Shown here: one piece after another, positions 42,307 through 53,531 of the stretch | Layout of the letters: the number at the start of each line of letters is the position of its first letter | Position numbering within the stretch: position 1 is the stretch's first letter | DNA from: a virus | DNA: 64,000 nt | Direction: 5' to 3' (one strand) | Virus record (IMG/VR): IMGVR_UViG_3300025137_000025 | Span: 14,587-78,586 of that record | Position numbers and translations under genes: made by a program | The notes under the pieces: generated by a model | Databases searched by the model: none | What the model was told of the DNA's origin: nothing | What the model saw: the letters and a program-made list of their open reading frames with translations, nothing else

Positions 42307-45300
42307 TATTTACAGTTTTTATCTAGGTTAGTTTGAGTTCCTGTGTTTTTTGTCTCTCCTTTGGAAGACGTTACCCCTACCTGAGAACTGGTTATACCCT
42401 CACGTGCTGTCAAATCTACTGCTTTTATTTTACCCCCTGATGTTTTAACCTTAACACTTGTCTCTCCATTAACATTAGACCAGAAACTAGTTTTAACTAC
42501 TTTTCCTGTTGCATCTCGCAAGTTTAGCTCTAATAAGTTATTTGGAATTCCTAAACTATGTATCTTATAGTAGACTCCGTCCTTGTACTCATACACGGAT
42601 ATTTTATCTACTCCTAGCTTATAATTTCTTTTAGTAGCAAATCTTGGAAAGTCCTGCTTTACACTGGCTTTAGACCCTATTAACACTTTACCTGCATCTC
42701 TAAACCCGCTAGGTACTTTACCTATCAATGGTCTTCCTCCTATGCTGGAAGTACCATAGTTCTGGACAAAGTCAAACATAAAATCACTGAAGTATCTAGG
42801 ATCTTGTTTGGCTGTGTGGAACTCTTCTCGCATATACTCCATCAAGCTTTTGCCTGTGGCCTCATCTTTAATCTGCAAGAAGAAGTCAATTGGGACAGAG
42901 TTGTAATACGTACCGAATGAAGGAGCAAGTCCAGTGGTAACTACAGAGTTGATGACTAAGCGTTTAGCTACATTCTGTATCTTTTTATTTAACTCCTCGC
43001 TGTTTTCTTGTCCTTGCGTATACAGCTCTGGGTTGTACAGAAGTTTACCAAAGTCTTGTCTAACCTTTTCCCTTGCCTCTAGCGTCATCTTCTCGGTATT
43101 TTCCATTGATATACCCCATACCCTGTTGGTAGGTTTATCATTCCCAATACCAGGAATTGCTCTGCTTAGCATTTCATTTTCCTGCAACGTTGGAATCTCC
43201 TTTATAAGGTTCTGTATTTGCGTATTCAAGTTGTTGTTAGGGTTTAACAACATGCTTTTGATTACGTCTTTTCGCATGAACTGTGTCATAGGAGAGCCGT
43301 CCTTAGTAAGCAAGTGATAGAATAAAGCTCTGTCTGTAAATCTATGCTCTGCAGCTGTCAACTTAGTTTTACCTGTAGCTTCTTTAAGGTCTGACTTAAA
43401 TTGTTTTACAGATTCGGCTCCTCCTAAGAACAACTGTGACGATATCTGCATTGATTCATCAATCATATCGTAGAAGGCACGCATAGTTCTGTATGCATCT
43501 CCTTTGAGTATTTTTTCTACTTCACTGTATCCTACAATATTGTTGTCTCCCCCTCTTCTGTAGTTCTCAAGAGTATCTAGATAAGCCATTACCTCCCCAA
43601 GGTCTCCCATACTGTCTAGATTATCTACTGCAATTACTTCATAGTAGTCAGACAAGCTATTACCTGCAGAATATGCATTAGCAAAAGCTATGAAGGCTTT
43701 CTTGGCAGACTCGCTTGTGCTATCATTAGCAGCAGTGATTGCTTTTAGCTCTGCTGTATTTACAACAGGAGTCTCCAAGTTTGGATCATTCTTAGATATC
43801 TTACTGTACATCTGCTTAGAGATGCCTAACTCATTGAACACAGTTCCTACACCAGCTGAGCTGGTTCTACGTTTCTCAACAAATTGTCGTACAAGAGGTG
43901 TGGTAAGAAGTGCAACTACGTCAGCATCTTCAAATCCTATACTCTTTAAGTACACTGTTGCATTTAAAGTTTGTTCATTGTCATTCAACGCGGTGTGTAT
44001 CAACTTAGAAGCTGCGTCGAGGGCGGCTGAAAGTCTTTCTACAATTCCATCTAGCGTTCGTTCCTGCGTGAATGGGGATAGAATATTGATCTGATTCAAC
44101 AACACACCATTAAGCATAAAGTGCTTAGATGAGTTGACCATAGTTCCTGTACTAATGTACTCGGAATTAGGATCATTATACTCTGCTGCTTGTGCTGCGA
44201 TGTTCCAACCTGAAATAGCATTAGCGTATCCACCCACTAGAGTAGCTGCACTTTTGTAGTTAGATTCCATCCGTATCTCAGTCATAGGATCATCAAAGGC
44301 CATTTTTTGTTGACCTTCTTGGACCTCATCTGCCAGAGCATTGAGAGTATCTTGAGTAAGAGGTTTGAACAAATAGGGGGCGGTCTTGGCATTAAGTAGA
44401 ACTGCTTCTGATAAATTCAACAAGTCGTTCTTTCTCTTTGCTAGTTTAGATTTTGCATTTTTATCCTGGAAGAGTCCAAACAGTTTGTCAACGTCAAAGT
44501 CACTACCAGTCTGCACTGTTATGTTACCCGCGACTACAACTGTTTTGCTATACCCCTTTGGAAGTATACCTACTATCTTACTTGGGACATTTGAAGAGTA
44601 GTCCTGATTCGGAATACGATACATAATGCCTGTGTCTCCCACCTTTAGCCCTAATCTGTCTGCTACGTCTTGTGAGATAAGTACTTCTGAGTGTATTACT
44701 TCCCCAGTTATTTCATTAATATCTAAGTGTCTCAGTTCTCTTACTTCTCCCCCAATCTCCCACTTACCTGGACCCGCAACCTGTACTAGTTCTCTTCCTG
44801 GAAGCTTGATCTGATAGACATTAGACTTGAACAAAGAGTAGATTAAACTTTCGAACTCTCTTTGGTATACTGGGAAGTACAGAGGTACGTTGAAATCGTA
44901 GCGTCCTGTTTCTAAGTCTTCTACTAACCTAAGCTGCTTATCTAAGTTAGAGTCAACTTGATTGTTCTTAAGCTTGTTATCATATATAACCTCACGTATT
45001 CTTTGCAAAAAGTTAAGACGTAACTCATTGTTGCTTGGATCTTCCTTCAAGGCTGTCCACCCAAGTTCATCAAATAACTTTTTGCCCTGCATTTGTATGA
45101 TATCTTCATTGGCATTGTGATACTCGTTGAGTAATTGCTCACCTGTAAGAGTAGTGCCGTCTGCTAAGGTATAGGTAGCTGTTTTATCTACCATTGTAGG
45201 AATGCCTTTACGAATCTGGCGATTCATCTTAGCGGTCATGTCCTCTTTGTCATTGATAATTTGAGGCATGTAGAGCTTAGATCCGTCCATGTCTCTTGAC

Positions 45301-48300
45301 TCTAGGCCATCAAACATCTGCTCTCCTAACTCTTGATTAATCTCAAAGTTCTGTCCTTTAAATAATTTCTTTGCAGACTCCGTATTGATGATGTCAATAG
45401 GATCGTTAGGATTCATCATTCTATTGTACATAGCAGTTAACAACTCGTTACCCTGCACAAATTCTTTTGTGAGTACAACATAGGAGTTCTTCTGCATGTC
45501 TACAGTCATTACTCCCTTATCTATTAGTCTTTCTTCTGCGTAAAACTTGTAAGCAGGAGTATACTTTGCTTTCCATTCTCCGGTTCCTGCTATATATTCA
45601 TTGAACCACTGCTCATCCTTAGCTGTCCACCTGCCCAGACCCTGTTCAATATTACGGAACATGTGTGGAGATATAAATGCCTGCGCATCTGTGTGGTCAG
45701 CACCTCTGTTGGCAGTTTTGTACTGATCTGCTATATTTCTTGCTTTCTCTGCCGCCTCTTCTATACTGTAATTTAAGTTTTCAAAGTACTTAACATACAT
45801 CCTTTCTATGCGTCCAGCTATCTCATCATGGTAAGGATCAGAAATACGAATCTTCTGTATACTTGCCTCCTTAATAATTTTAGGTATGCCGTACGTAGGG
45901 TCATGTACAAATTCTCCTTCCATCATCAACTTATCTCCTGGAGTATTAAGCAAGCCCATTCTTTTATAGAATGCGGCGGTGTTTTTAAACTGCACTACTC
46001 CCCCACGAAACGCTTGAGCCATTTCTATTCTAGCTACAAGATCAGTAAGCACATATGCTTTTACTAATTCTGCAGCACCTCCGTACTTAGTTTGACTGGC
46101 GTCTATTCTAGAGCCCTTAGGTATTGACCAAGAGTTTTCTGCTTCATTAAGCTGCAGAATATTGTATTTAGCAAGCTCCTGCATAAACTGCTCATTGTAT
46201 TCCTTAAACGTAGTCTCAGAGTAATTCTTTACTTGATTGTTGATTTCATCAAATACATACCTATACACTGAACTCTTTGGATTTTTTAGAGCATTTTGTA
46301 TGACTTGAGATAGTTTCCCACCTTCCACTTCTGCATCTACTATACCTGATAAGTGAAACCCATTATTTTCATTTCGTGCTAGATCAGGATTAAGGCTTAG
46401 TCTTACTAAGTCTCGTATAACAATGTGAGTAAGCATAGCTCGCTCTCCTGATGCTGTCTTTGGAATACCTGCCTCTGTTATATTCTTTTTGATAGGGTTC
46501 CCAAAAGTAGGCACCTTCAAGAAATCCATTCTACCTCTGGTTTCCTGTACAGGGAGTGGTATGTAAGAATATCCTTGTCCGTCGTTTAGAAACATGTTGA
46601 TTCTAAGTATCATAGAATCTCTTTCAGACAACTTCACATACTCTACATTTTGATCGTCTTGGGTTTCATTCTGAACTACATCTAAGCTAAAGCTAGTAAC
46701 GTCAAACTCTTTTTGTTCTATCAAGTACAAGAATAACGCTCTACCTTTTTCCGTTTTTCCAATAGTCATTGCCAATGAAGGGTCTTTCATCATAAGCTGG
46801 TACAGCTCTGAGTCTTTTCCTTTCTGCATGTCCTGCAACGTATCACTAAATGTGGTTGGGAGGTTATAAGGATAGATAGTCTTTCCTTTTCCGTTAACGT
46901 ATGCGAGTGCTGTAGGGAGGGTAAACTCTGCGGCTATTTCTGCCAGAGCTTTAATGGTAGAACCTTCTGACTTAAAGAAGTTTACTGGAGTCTCTTTCAG
47001 TGTTGCCTTCTTTACTATGCCTCCTTCGGTTGTAAGATTAAGAGCTTTACTTATAACAGCGTTTATTAACTTGTTATATATGATTTGGGCTTCATCTTCC
47101 GGGTTACCCTCATGCTTCTTTAAGTAGCTTAGCAGTCTAGCTTCTGCTTGTGACTTATTCCTAGCCATCCCTAGTGACGAGAACCACATAAGGTCATTTA
47201 GCGCAACTGCTTTTGCTTCTGTGCTTGATGCTTTTTGGTATTGTCCTATAGCATTTTTAATATGCTGAAGTCTTGATTTGCCTTCAATAACATTATTGTT
47301 AAACTTCAGCTTGCCTTTTGACTCTATAAATACTGCTCCTGGTCGAGTTACAATTTCAGTGGATACTGACTCTGCTTTCCAACTAGTAGCCCATCCTATT
47401 GTAGCACTTTTTCTATCAGAGTTGATCGTCTTAACGTTCATCGCCTCTTCTATCATCTCTTCCTTTACTATTCGGTGTTCCGAGTAGGTCTTTTTAAAGA
47501 ACCTAGATAATGCTGCAGCATCTGCTGCCTGTATAGGACCTTTTAAAAAGTTTGCAATAGGTTGTAATACTTTAAAGTTAGGAGCAGCTTCTATGATGTT
47601 ACCTAAAATTTCTTCGTATGACTGTGATCCTACTGCAACTGCAAGTGCGGCTCTTATAGCTTCATCTACATTAACATATGTAATAAAGCCTATAGAGTTT
47701 TCTTTGGCATTTGTAATCTTAGAGAATAATCTTCTTACCTCTTCACTAACAGTCTTTGTAGGATCTTGCTCAAAGTGAGAGATGTCGAAAATCTTATCGT
47801 AATTAGTTTCTTCTTTACTTGCCAATCCTTCGTCTTCTATTAAGTCTTTTCTGACTTGTGATTTAGCAAGTCCTACGGTGTAGCCGTATTTTTTTAAGTC
47901 CATTGCGACAGCGTCTCTCCACCCAAATTTGTCTACGTTTCCTAATTCGTCTTCTACGTTAATCCAATTGTTCCACACATTGAAGTATACACTTGCAGCT
48001 TTTTTGAGCTCCGCTGTGCTTGAGTTTCGTATGAAAGACATAGGGACTGCTCCTTCAAGGACTGCATCTTTTACAGGAATACCTGCTATAAACTTATACT
48101 TTTTGGCTACTGCTCCACGCTCTTGTTTAGTTGTTGCTTTTGCAAATGCGTCAAGAGCTTCTTCGCTTACGTATGTCCCATCAGGATTAGTGATCGAATG
48201 CTTAAGAAAAAATTTAGCAATTCCTCCCTTGTTGTTCTCACCTGTTCCTAATAGTTCTGTAGCTAAAAGCTTTTTGTTTATACGGAAGTCTTCTAGCTCT

Positions 48301-51300
48301 CTGAACTGCTTTACAAAGACGGAGCTAACACTGTCTACTACATCTTGTTGGAACTCAAAGTCTTGGTTAAAGGCGTCTACAAGTCTGTACGCTTCCTTGC
48401 CCTCAAATCTTTCAGCACTACGCTCAAACTTCTTAGGCATCTTGTTCGACTCTATAAGAGAGTAAAACTGTTGTATCTCTACTGTGTTGGTAAATAGAGC
48501 TTTAATAAAGTTAAACAGGTCTTGAAAGAACTTTTTGATCTTACCTGGGAGAGTTTCTTCTGTACCCTGTGCTGTAAACACATAGTCTCTAAACTCCTCA
48601 GCCATCATTTCTTCTAGCTCAAGAGGTGTAGCATTTGGCAAGTTGTACTTTACTCGTGCTTCTTTGTACAGCGCTTCTCTTTGCTTATCGGTAAGCATTG
48701 TTCGGAAGCTGTAGTGAAATGCTTCGTGGTATTCAGTACCTACTTCGGCGTTGTTCCACAAGTATACCCCAGCGTTCTTCATGTAACCATGAGCAACTGA
48801 ACTGCCTACTCGTAGTGCAGTATCATAAAACTCTACAGGTATACCTCTCTTCTTTAGCCATGCTTCAGCCTCAGCTCTATCCATCTTAACTATAGGATTT
48901 TCTCCAGCTAATCTAAACGGGGCATCGTCATCACTTACGTTGTCACCTAACTTCGTATTTGTGTTACTTGCACGAGACCCTAGAGATTCCTCTACTTTGG
49001 GCCCTATACTTTCACTCCACGCAGCAGCATTTGATTTCTCTACAAAATAAACAGTGTCATCTGAGAAGTATTGAATTGCAGATACGTTTCCTAAAGCGTC
49101 ATAAGCAATCTGCACATTGTTTCCGTCTACACTAAGCGTATCTGTAAAGGCATACTTTGGAGTGAGGTCTGGTTCTTTTTCAGCTAGCCCAGGTTCTTTT
49201 TGTTGACTTTGTCCTTCTTGCTCATCTCTTCTAGCTTGCGCTTTTGCTGCAAATAACATTTCTGCAGCAGTTGGCTCTGCAGCAGGTTGGGCATTAGGTT
49301 GATGAGTAGTTATTTTTACAGATTCTGCAGTTAGCTTCTTCCCTCCCACTCTTGTCTCAGCTACATCAAAGCTTAATCCTATATCATGGTATATAGATCC
49401 GTCGACTGTAGCTATGTCTATATTTATGATTCCTGCAAACCCAGCTGCGTTGTCGTTTGGATTACGCTCATGCGTAGCACTAGCCAGTGCCTGGAATGCT
49501 GCAGGATCGGTGTTCATATCTGCTATGTCAACCTGTCGTCTCTTATTAGCAATAAGCTTAGAGAGCTCTGGAACAATGCTGTTTATAAATGCATCCGCTA
49601 CGTCATTTTGCTTAAGTACTTGGAACCCAATTCCTTTAGTACTAACTCTTCCTTCTTCATCCCTAGTAACTTCCTGCACTAGATTTCCAAGGACATTTTT
49701 GTTTTTTCTAATATCTGCAGCAGTTAAGGTCCCATTTACAAGACCTTCTAAAGTTTCACTATCAACAGATGCTACAAAAAATGCTCCTGGTACGTTAGTT
49801 TGTGATCCAGGTATTGGAATACCCATTCGTATTACACGCTTTTTTGTTCCAGGTATATACCTGTCCTCTACTTGTAAGAATAGGTTTCGTATAACATCAA
49901 ATTCTCCAGGCTCTAATGTGTTAAGTCCGACAAGATCGACAAGCTCGTTGTATGCAGCAGGATCGCTAGACTTTGCTAACAGTTCTAATGTTCTAGTTTG
50001 TTCCGCTTCGTTCAGCTTTGCAGTTGATACTACATGTGATCTCCACTCTCCATTGGAGTTTTTAGCAAAGACTACAACTTGTCCGTATGATAGGTTTAGT
50101 GCTTTTGTTCTCTGAACAGCAGTATCTAGGCTTGCTTGTTCTGCAGGTGATAACATCTGTGTGTTAGCAACTTTGATTCCTCTAGCGTTTGTACCGTCCT
50201 TATCATAGGTAACAACCCCAATAGGGACATTTCCAAAAGTCTCAAACACATTAAAAAAGAAAGGTACCTGCGATCCGTCCTCTGCCGCTGCAACAGCATT
50301 GTTTCTGTTATTAAGTTGCTTCTGTGCTACTTTAACAGTTACTGCTTGTTCTTCTTGCTTACCTGCTTTCCAGTTCTCATAAACAGCACGACGCATAGCA
50401 CTGTCATTAGCTGCAAGAACTCCTACAATACCTTTCCCAGGTACGCGTACATATATAGGAATATGTGTTGCCTGATTAGAGTACTGAGATTTGTTCCTGT
50501 TCTCTAACCACCAAGAATCTTCTACGACTTCAAGCTCCACAGTACTACCAGCTTTTACTTCTTCACTGTCAAGCAAGTCTTTGCGGTCTATGACGGGCTT
50601 CCCATCTACTGTTCTTTTCTCATCAAGGTTGTTAGAAAAAGGCTGTCCCGTAGAACTAACAAAAACTTTACCGTCATCTGTTAATTCAAACTGTCCTTGT
50701 CCATCAGACCTAGTAAACAATGCATCTTCTTTTGTAGCTGAAGGTTCGTTAGTATTTTCACTCCCAGGAGCAGCTGAGGTATCCGTTTTTGTTTTACCTG
50801 CTTGTGGCTCGTCATCTTTCGAGTTTTGACGTCTTTGACGATCTCGCTCTGCTTGTTTCTTTCGAGCAACTTCTACAGTGTTTACAAGAGGTTCTTCTTG
50901 AGCTCGTCCTTCTAGATAGGTTTTGCGTGCTTTTTCTAACAGCGGCGTAAGTCCAGTTAGCTTTGTAACTTCAGTTCTAGTCAATGCATTCCAACTAGCC
51001 TGTGCTTCTGCAACTGTTGCTTGACGGTTTCGTACTTCGTTGTTTGCTTTCTCAACAGCCTGGGGAGATACACCAGCTTCTTTAAATCCTTTTACCTTCT
51101 CTGCAAGTTCACTTGAGTCGACTGTACTAGTTATAGCTTCGTCTACTACTGCATCTATTTTTTGTTGCTTAGCTGTACGCTCGACTAACTTTGCTCTTGA
51201 TATAGCCAGGTCTCGAGTCTTTGGATTACGCAGTAGGTTTTTTAAACCTTGAGCACCATTATCTTTTTGTGTAAGGAGAAGTGTAAGCTCTCCGAGTTCT

Positions 51301-53528
51301 TGTTCTAAGGCATTGAACTGCTCAGGAGACATGGTCTTTGCTGCGTCTGCACGCAGAGTATTTATATTCTTAATGAGGTTGGTGGGGTTTGTGACAAATC
51401 CTTCTTCGGTTACTACCCCAAAAGCATTACGCGCATATCTTCTAAGCCTATTCTCAATATCAATTGTTCGTTTCTTTCCGTCTTTTTGTTCTACCTCTAC
51501 CGACAAGCTAGAGTCAGGGAACATAGCTTTAATCTTATCTACCTTTTCCTTTATAGCCCCATCAACCATACGCAGTGTAGCAGCTTCTCGCTTTAAGAAC
51601 TTTTTGTATGTATTCTCGTCTGTTTGTTCCTCGTCTTCTAGTTGTTTTGCCTCTTTTGACATAAACAACCTAGAGACTCCTCTCTTTGTAGGAGTAGCAA
51701 ACATCTCATCTATAAAGGCTGCAGACTTCTCTACCTCTTTTGCTGTTTCTAGTATGCCATCAATCTCTTTGTTTTGATCGATCTTACTGTTAGCATCATA
51801 CCCAAAGGTTTCTTTGAACTCTTTTTCGCTGAGGTCTTTAGCGTCCGTCATCATCTCTCTAAACATATCCAGGCTCCCAGCCTCGTAATGTTGTAGAATC
51901 TGAGCTGCTCTAAACTTCTTTTGATAGAAATCATATAGCGTAGAATCACCAGCAGCTTCAGCTTTCTCCATCTCCTTCAGATAGTAGGATTGTGCTCCCA
52001 CCTCTTCTGCTCTACCTGCTAAATTGTAAAAAGCAGGGCTATTAAATAGTTGCTCTTGTACGTCTCTGTTCTTACGCTTAGCTTGTGACTCTTTGAAACT
52101 AGTAGCACCTCCTCCAAGTATCCCTACAAGTGCCCCGATAATGAATTGCTCTCTTGATTCAGGGTTAGAAAACGTTTCAGACGCTCTCTTCCCTATCTGA
52201 GGAAGGGCTTCACCTAGAGCTTTTATTCTGCTAGTATCCATCATTCCCTCAACTAGCTCTCCTAGACCTGCGTCATTATAGCGGGCCATTTGATAGTCTG
52301 TAATACCTTCTTGTATAGCATATTGAGAAGCTTCTTCTGTTCCCTCAGATGCCATTGTAGCTAGAAAAGGAGCACTAAACCTAGCCCCCTGTGCTACTTG
52401 TCTAAATCCTCCTGGAAGATCTGCAAGTTTGTCAACGACTAAACCTTTACCGGTCGCTCTTTCAGCTGCTGTTGTTTTTCTTAGAAAAGATGAAGTTATG
52501 TTTCTAGATTTGAATGGCTTTAACAGCCCTCTAAATGCAACCGCGTTACTTGCAGTAAGTACAGCAACGTTCCCATAAAATGCAGAAGCTTCAGCTTCCT
52601 GAGCTTGCATCTTAAGTTGTTGCATTTCCTGAGAAGTCAGGTTAGGATCTTCTCCTCTAAACTCCTTATCCTTTTTTGCTTTTGCTACAAGCTTCTCATA
52701 AGTTATACGACCTGTCTCTCTGCCCTCTAATGCAGCTTCACCTAGTGATGAATAAAAAGCACCCTCCATATAAGCTCCAGCTCCTCCTACCTTTGATGCC
52801 CAGAATTTAGTATTTCTGTATGTATTCAAAGACTTGGCAACTCCTGCACCAGAAGCTAAAGACTTACCTGTTTTATATGCAGCTAATGATCGTGAAAGCT
52901 TTAATGCTTGTCCTGCTCTTCCTACTACACCAAGTCCCCCAGTTGCATACATACTAGCAGCAGTTCCTAAGAAAAATCCTACGCCGTCAAACACCTTATC
53001 GCTAAGAAAGTTTGCTGTCCATATACCATCAAGTGTTCCCTTGTTAGCTATCTCCTCTCTAGTGTAGTAGTGAGGCATGGACTTTCGAATAGACTCTCTC
53101 CACTCTTCTGTGTCTATTGCTCTAGCATGTTTTGCTGCATACGCAGCTAAGCTTTTTTCGCTGAAAGATTTACTTGTATCAGTAGCATAGTCTAAGAGAC
53201 CTGCCATTCCTGTAAAAGTGTTAACAAAAGATGCGCCTGCAGTTACACCAAGTTTTGTAAATCCTCTACCGTACTTTTCCCAATTACCTTGTCTCTGAGC
53301 TCTAAGTTCTTCGTAGTCTCTGGTTTGTGCAGAGACATCTAACCCGTAATCAGAATAGTTAGAAAAGTCTCCTGTACTGACTGCCCCAAATAAACCTTGA
53401 GTTTGAGAACCTCGTTCTCTAGGTCTGTATGTTCTTGTTCCCTCAGAAAGTAATGCCCCAAGAGGGTCTGTTGCTTTAGGCTTAGAAAGTAATCCAGTAA
53501 GAGGATCGAGTGGTTTAGTATCGCTCAT
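42306..53528 (-). CDS. giant virion RNA polymerase (crAss-type) with zincin protease-like domain
   Basis: 3740 aa; 'YRIPNQ' and catalytic 'GSDFDVDKL' (44487-44501); 'KRMG', 'TDAQAF'; 'HEAFH...EEMMAEEF' (HEAFH at 48714-48728). Confidence 0.9.
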   Translation of the reverse strand: MSDTKPLDPLTGLLSKPKATDPLGALLSEGTRTYRPRERGSQTQGLFGAVSTGDFSNYSDYGLDVSAQTRDYEELRAQRQGNWEKYGRGFTKLGVTAGASFVNTFTGMAGLLDYATDTSKSFSEKSLAAYAAKHARAIDTEEWRESIRKSMPHYYTREEIANKGTLDGIWTANFLSDKVFDGVGFFLGTAASMYATGGLGVVGRAGQALKLSRSLAAYKTGKSLASGAGVAKSLNTYRNTKFWASKVGGAGAYMEGAFYSSLGEAALEGRETGRITYEKLVAKAKKDKEFRGEDPNLTSQEMQQLKMQAQEAEASAFYGNVAVLTASNAVAFRGLLKPFKSRNITSSFLRKTTAAERATGKGLVVDKLADLPGGFRQVAQGARFSAPFLATMASEGTEEASQYAIQEGITDYQMARYNDAGLGELVEGMMDTSRIKALGEALPQIGKRASETFSNPESREQFIIGALVGILGGGATSFKESQAKRKNRDVQEQLFNSPAFYNLAGRAEEVGAQSYYLKEMEKAEAAGDSTLYDFYQKKFRAAQILQHYEAGSLDMFREMMTDAKDLSEKEFKETFGYDANSKIDQNKEIDGILETAKEVEKSAAFIDEMFATPTKRGVSRLFMSKEAKQLEDEEQTDENTYKKFLKREAATLRMVDGAIKEKVDKIKAMFPDSSLSVEVEQKDGKKRTIDIENRLRRYARNAFGVVTEEGFVTNPTNLIKNINTLRADAAKTMSPEQFNALEQELGELTLLLTQKDNGAQGLKNLLRNPKTRDLAISRAKLVERTAKQQKIDAVVDEAITSTVDSSELAEKVKGFKEAGVSPQAVEKANNEVRNRQATVAEAQASWNALTRTEVTKLTGLTPLLEKARKTYLEGRAQEEPLVNTVEVARKKQAERDRQRRQNSKDDEPQAGKTKTDTSAAPGSENTNEPSATKEDALFTRSDGQGQFELTDDGKVFVSSTGQPFSNNLDEKRTVDGKPVIDRKDLLDSEEVKAGSTVELEVVEDSWWLENRNKSQYSNQATHIPIYVRVPGKGIVGVLAANDSAMRRAVYENWKAGKQEEQAVTVKVAQKQLNNRNNAVAAAEDGSQVPFFFNVFETFGNVPIGVVTYDKDGTNARGIKVANTQMLSPAEQASLDTAVQRTKALNLSYGQVVVFAKNSNGEWRSHVVSTAKLNEAEQTRTLELLAKSSDPAAYNELVDLVGLNTLEPGEFDVIRNLFLQVEDRYIPGTKKRVIRMGIPIPGSQTNVPGAFFVASVDSETLEGLVNGTLTAADIRKNKNVLGNLVQEVTRDEEGRVSTKGIGFQVLKQNDVADAFINSIVPELSKLIANKRRQVDIADMNTDPAAFQALASATHERNPNDNAAGFAGIINIDIATVDGSIYHDIGLSFDVAETRVGGKKLTAESVKITTHQPNAQPAAEPTAAEMLFAAKAQARRDEQEGQSQQKEPGLAEKEPDLTPKYAFTDTLSVDGNNVQIAYDALGNVSAIQYFSDDTVYFVEKSNAAAWSESIGPKVEESLGSRASNTNTKLGDNVSDDDAPFRLAGENPIVKMDRAEAEAWLKKRGIPVEFYDTALRVGSSVAHGYMKNAGVYLWNNAEVGTEYHEAFHYSFRTMLTDKQREALYKEARVKYNLPNATPLELEEMMAEEFRDYVFTAQGTEETLPGKIKKFFQDLFNFIKALFTNTVEIQQFYSLIESNKMPKKFERSAERFEGKEAYRLVDAFNQDFEFQQDVVDSVSSVFVKQFRELEDFRINKKLLATELLGTGENNKGGIAKFFLKHSITNPDGTYVSEEALDAFAKATTKQERGAVAKKYKFIAGIPVKDAVLEGAVPMSFIRNSSTAELKKAASVYFNVWNNWINVEDELGNVDKFGWRDAVAMDLKKYGYTVGLAKSQVRKDLIEDEGLASKEETNYDKIFDISHFEQDPTKTVSEEVRRLFSKITNAKENSIGFITYVNVDEAIRAALAVAVGSQSYEEILGNIIEAAPNFKVLQPIANFLKGPIQAADAAALSRFFKKTYSEHRIVKEEMIEEAMNVKTINSDRKSATIGWATSWKAESVSTEIVTRPGAVFIESKGKLKFNNNVIEGKSRLQHIKNAIGQYQKASSTEAKAVALNDLMWFSSLGMARNKSQAEARLLSYLKKHEGNPEDEAQIIYNKLINAVISKALNLTTEGGIVKKATLKETPVNFFKSEGSTIKALAEIAAEFTLPTALAYVNGKGKTIYPYNLPTTFSDTLQDMQKGKDSELYQLMMKDPSLAMTIGKTEKGRALFLYLIEQKEFDVTSFSLDVVQNETQDDQNVEYVKLSERDSMILRINMFLNDGQGYSYIPLPVQETRGRMDFLKVPTFGNPIKKNITEAGIPKTASGERAMLTHIVIRDLVRLSLNPDLARNENNGFHLSGIVDAEVEGGKLSQVIQNALKNPKSSVYRYVFDEINNQVKNYSETTFKEYNEQFMQELAKYNILQLNEAENSWSIPKGSRIDASQTKYGGAAELVKAYVLTDLVARIEMAQAFRGGVVQFKNTAAFYKRMGLLNTPGDKLMMEGEFVHDPTYGIPKIIKEASIQKIRISDPYHDEIAGRIERMYVKYFENLNYSIEEAAEKARNIADQYKTANRGADHTDAQAFISPHMFRNIEQGLGRWTAKDEQWFNEYIAGTGEWKAKYTPAYKFYAEERLIDKGVMTVDMQKNSYVVLTKEFVQGNELLTAMYNRMMNPNDPIDIINTESAKKLFKGQNFEINQELGEQMFDGLESRDMDGSKLYMPQIINDKEDMTAKMNRQIRKGIPTMVDKTATYTLADGTTLTGEQLLNEYHNANEDIIQMQGKKLFDELGWTALKEDPSNNELRLNFLQRIREVIYDNKLKNNQVDSNLDKQLRLVEDLETGRYDFNVPLYFPVYQREFESLIYSLFKSNVYQIKLPGRELVQVAGPGKWEIGGEVRELRHLDINEITGEVIHSEVLISQDVADRLGLKVGDTGIMYRIPNQDYSSNVPSKIVGILPKGYSKTVVVAGNITVQTGSDFDVDKLFGLFQDKNAKSKLAKRKNDLLNLSEAVLLNAKTAPYLFKPLTQDTLNALADEVQEGQQKMAFDDPMTEIRMESNYKSAATLVGGYANAISGWNIAAQAAEYNDPNSEYISTGTMVNSSKHFMLNGVLLNQINILSPFTQERTLDGIVERLSAALDAASKLIHTALNDNEQTLNATVYLKSIGFEDADVVALLTTPLVRQFVEKRRTSSAGVGTVFNELGISKQMYSKISKNDPNLETPVVNTAELKAITAANDSTSESAKKAFIAFANAYSAGNSLSDYYEVIAVDNLDSMGDLGEVMAYLDTLENYRRGGDNNIVGYSEVEKILKGDAYRTMRAFYDMIDESMQISSQLFLGGAESVKQFKSDLKEATGKTKLTAAEHRFTDRALFYHLLTKDGSPMTQFMRKDVIKSMLLNPNNNLNTQIQNLIKEIPTLQENEMLSRAIPGIGNDKPTNRVWGISMENTEKMTLEAREKVRQDFGKLLYNPELYTQGQENSEELNKKIQNVAKRLVINSVVTTGLAPSFGTYYNSVPIDFFLQIKDEATGKSLMEYMREEFHTAKQDPRYFSDFMFDFVQNYGTSSIGGRPLIGKVPSGFRDAGKVLIGSKASVKQDFPRFATKRNYKLGVDKISVYEYKDGVYYKIHSLGIPNNLLELNLRDATGKVVKTSFWSNVNGETSVKVKTSGGKIKAVDLTAREGITSSQVGVTSSKGETKNTGTQTNLDKNCK

Positions 53529-53531
53529 ATT

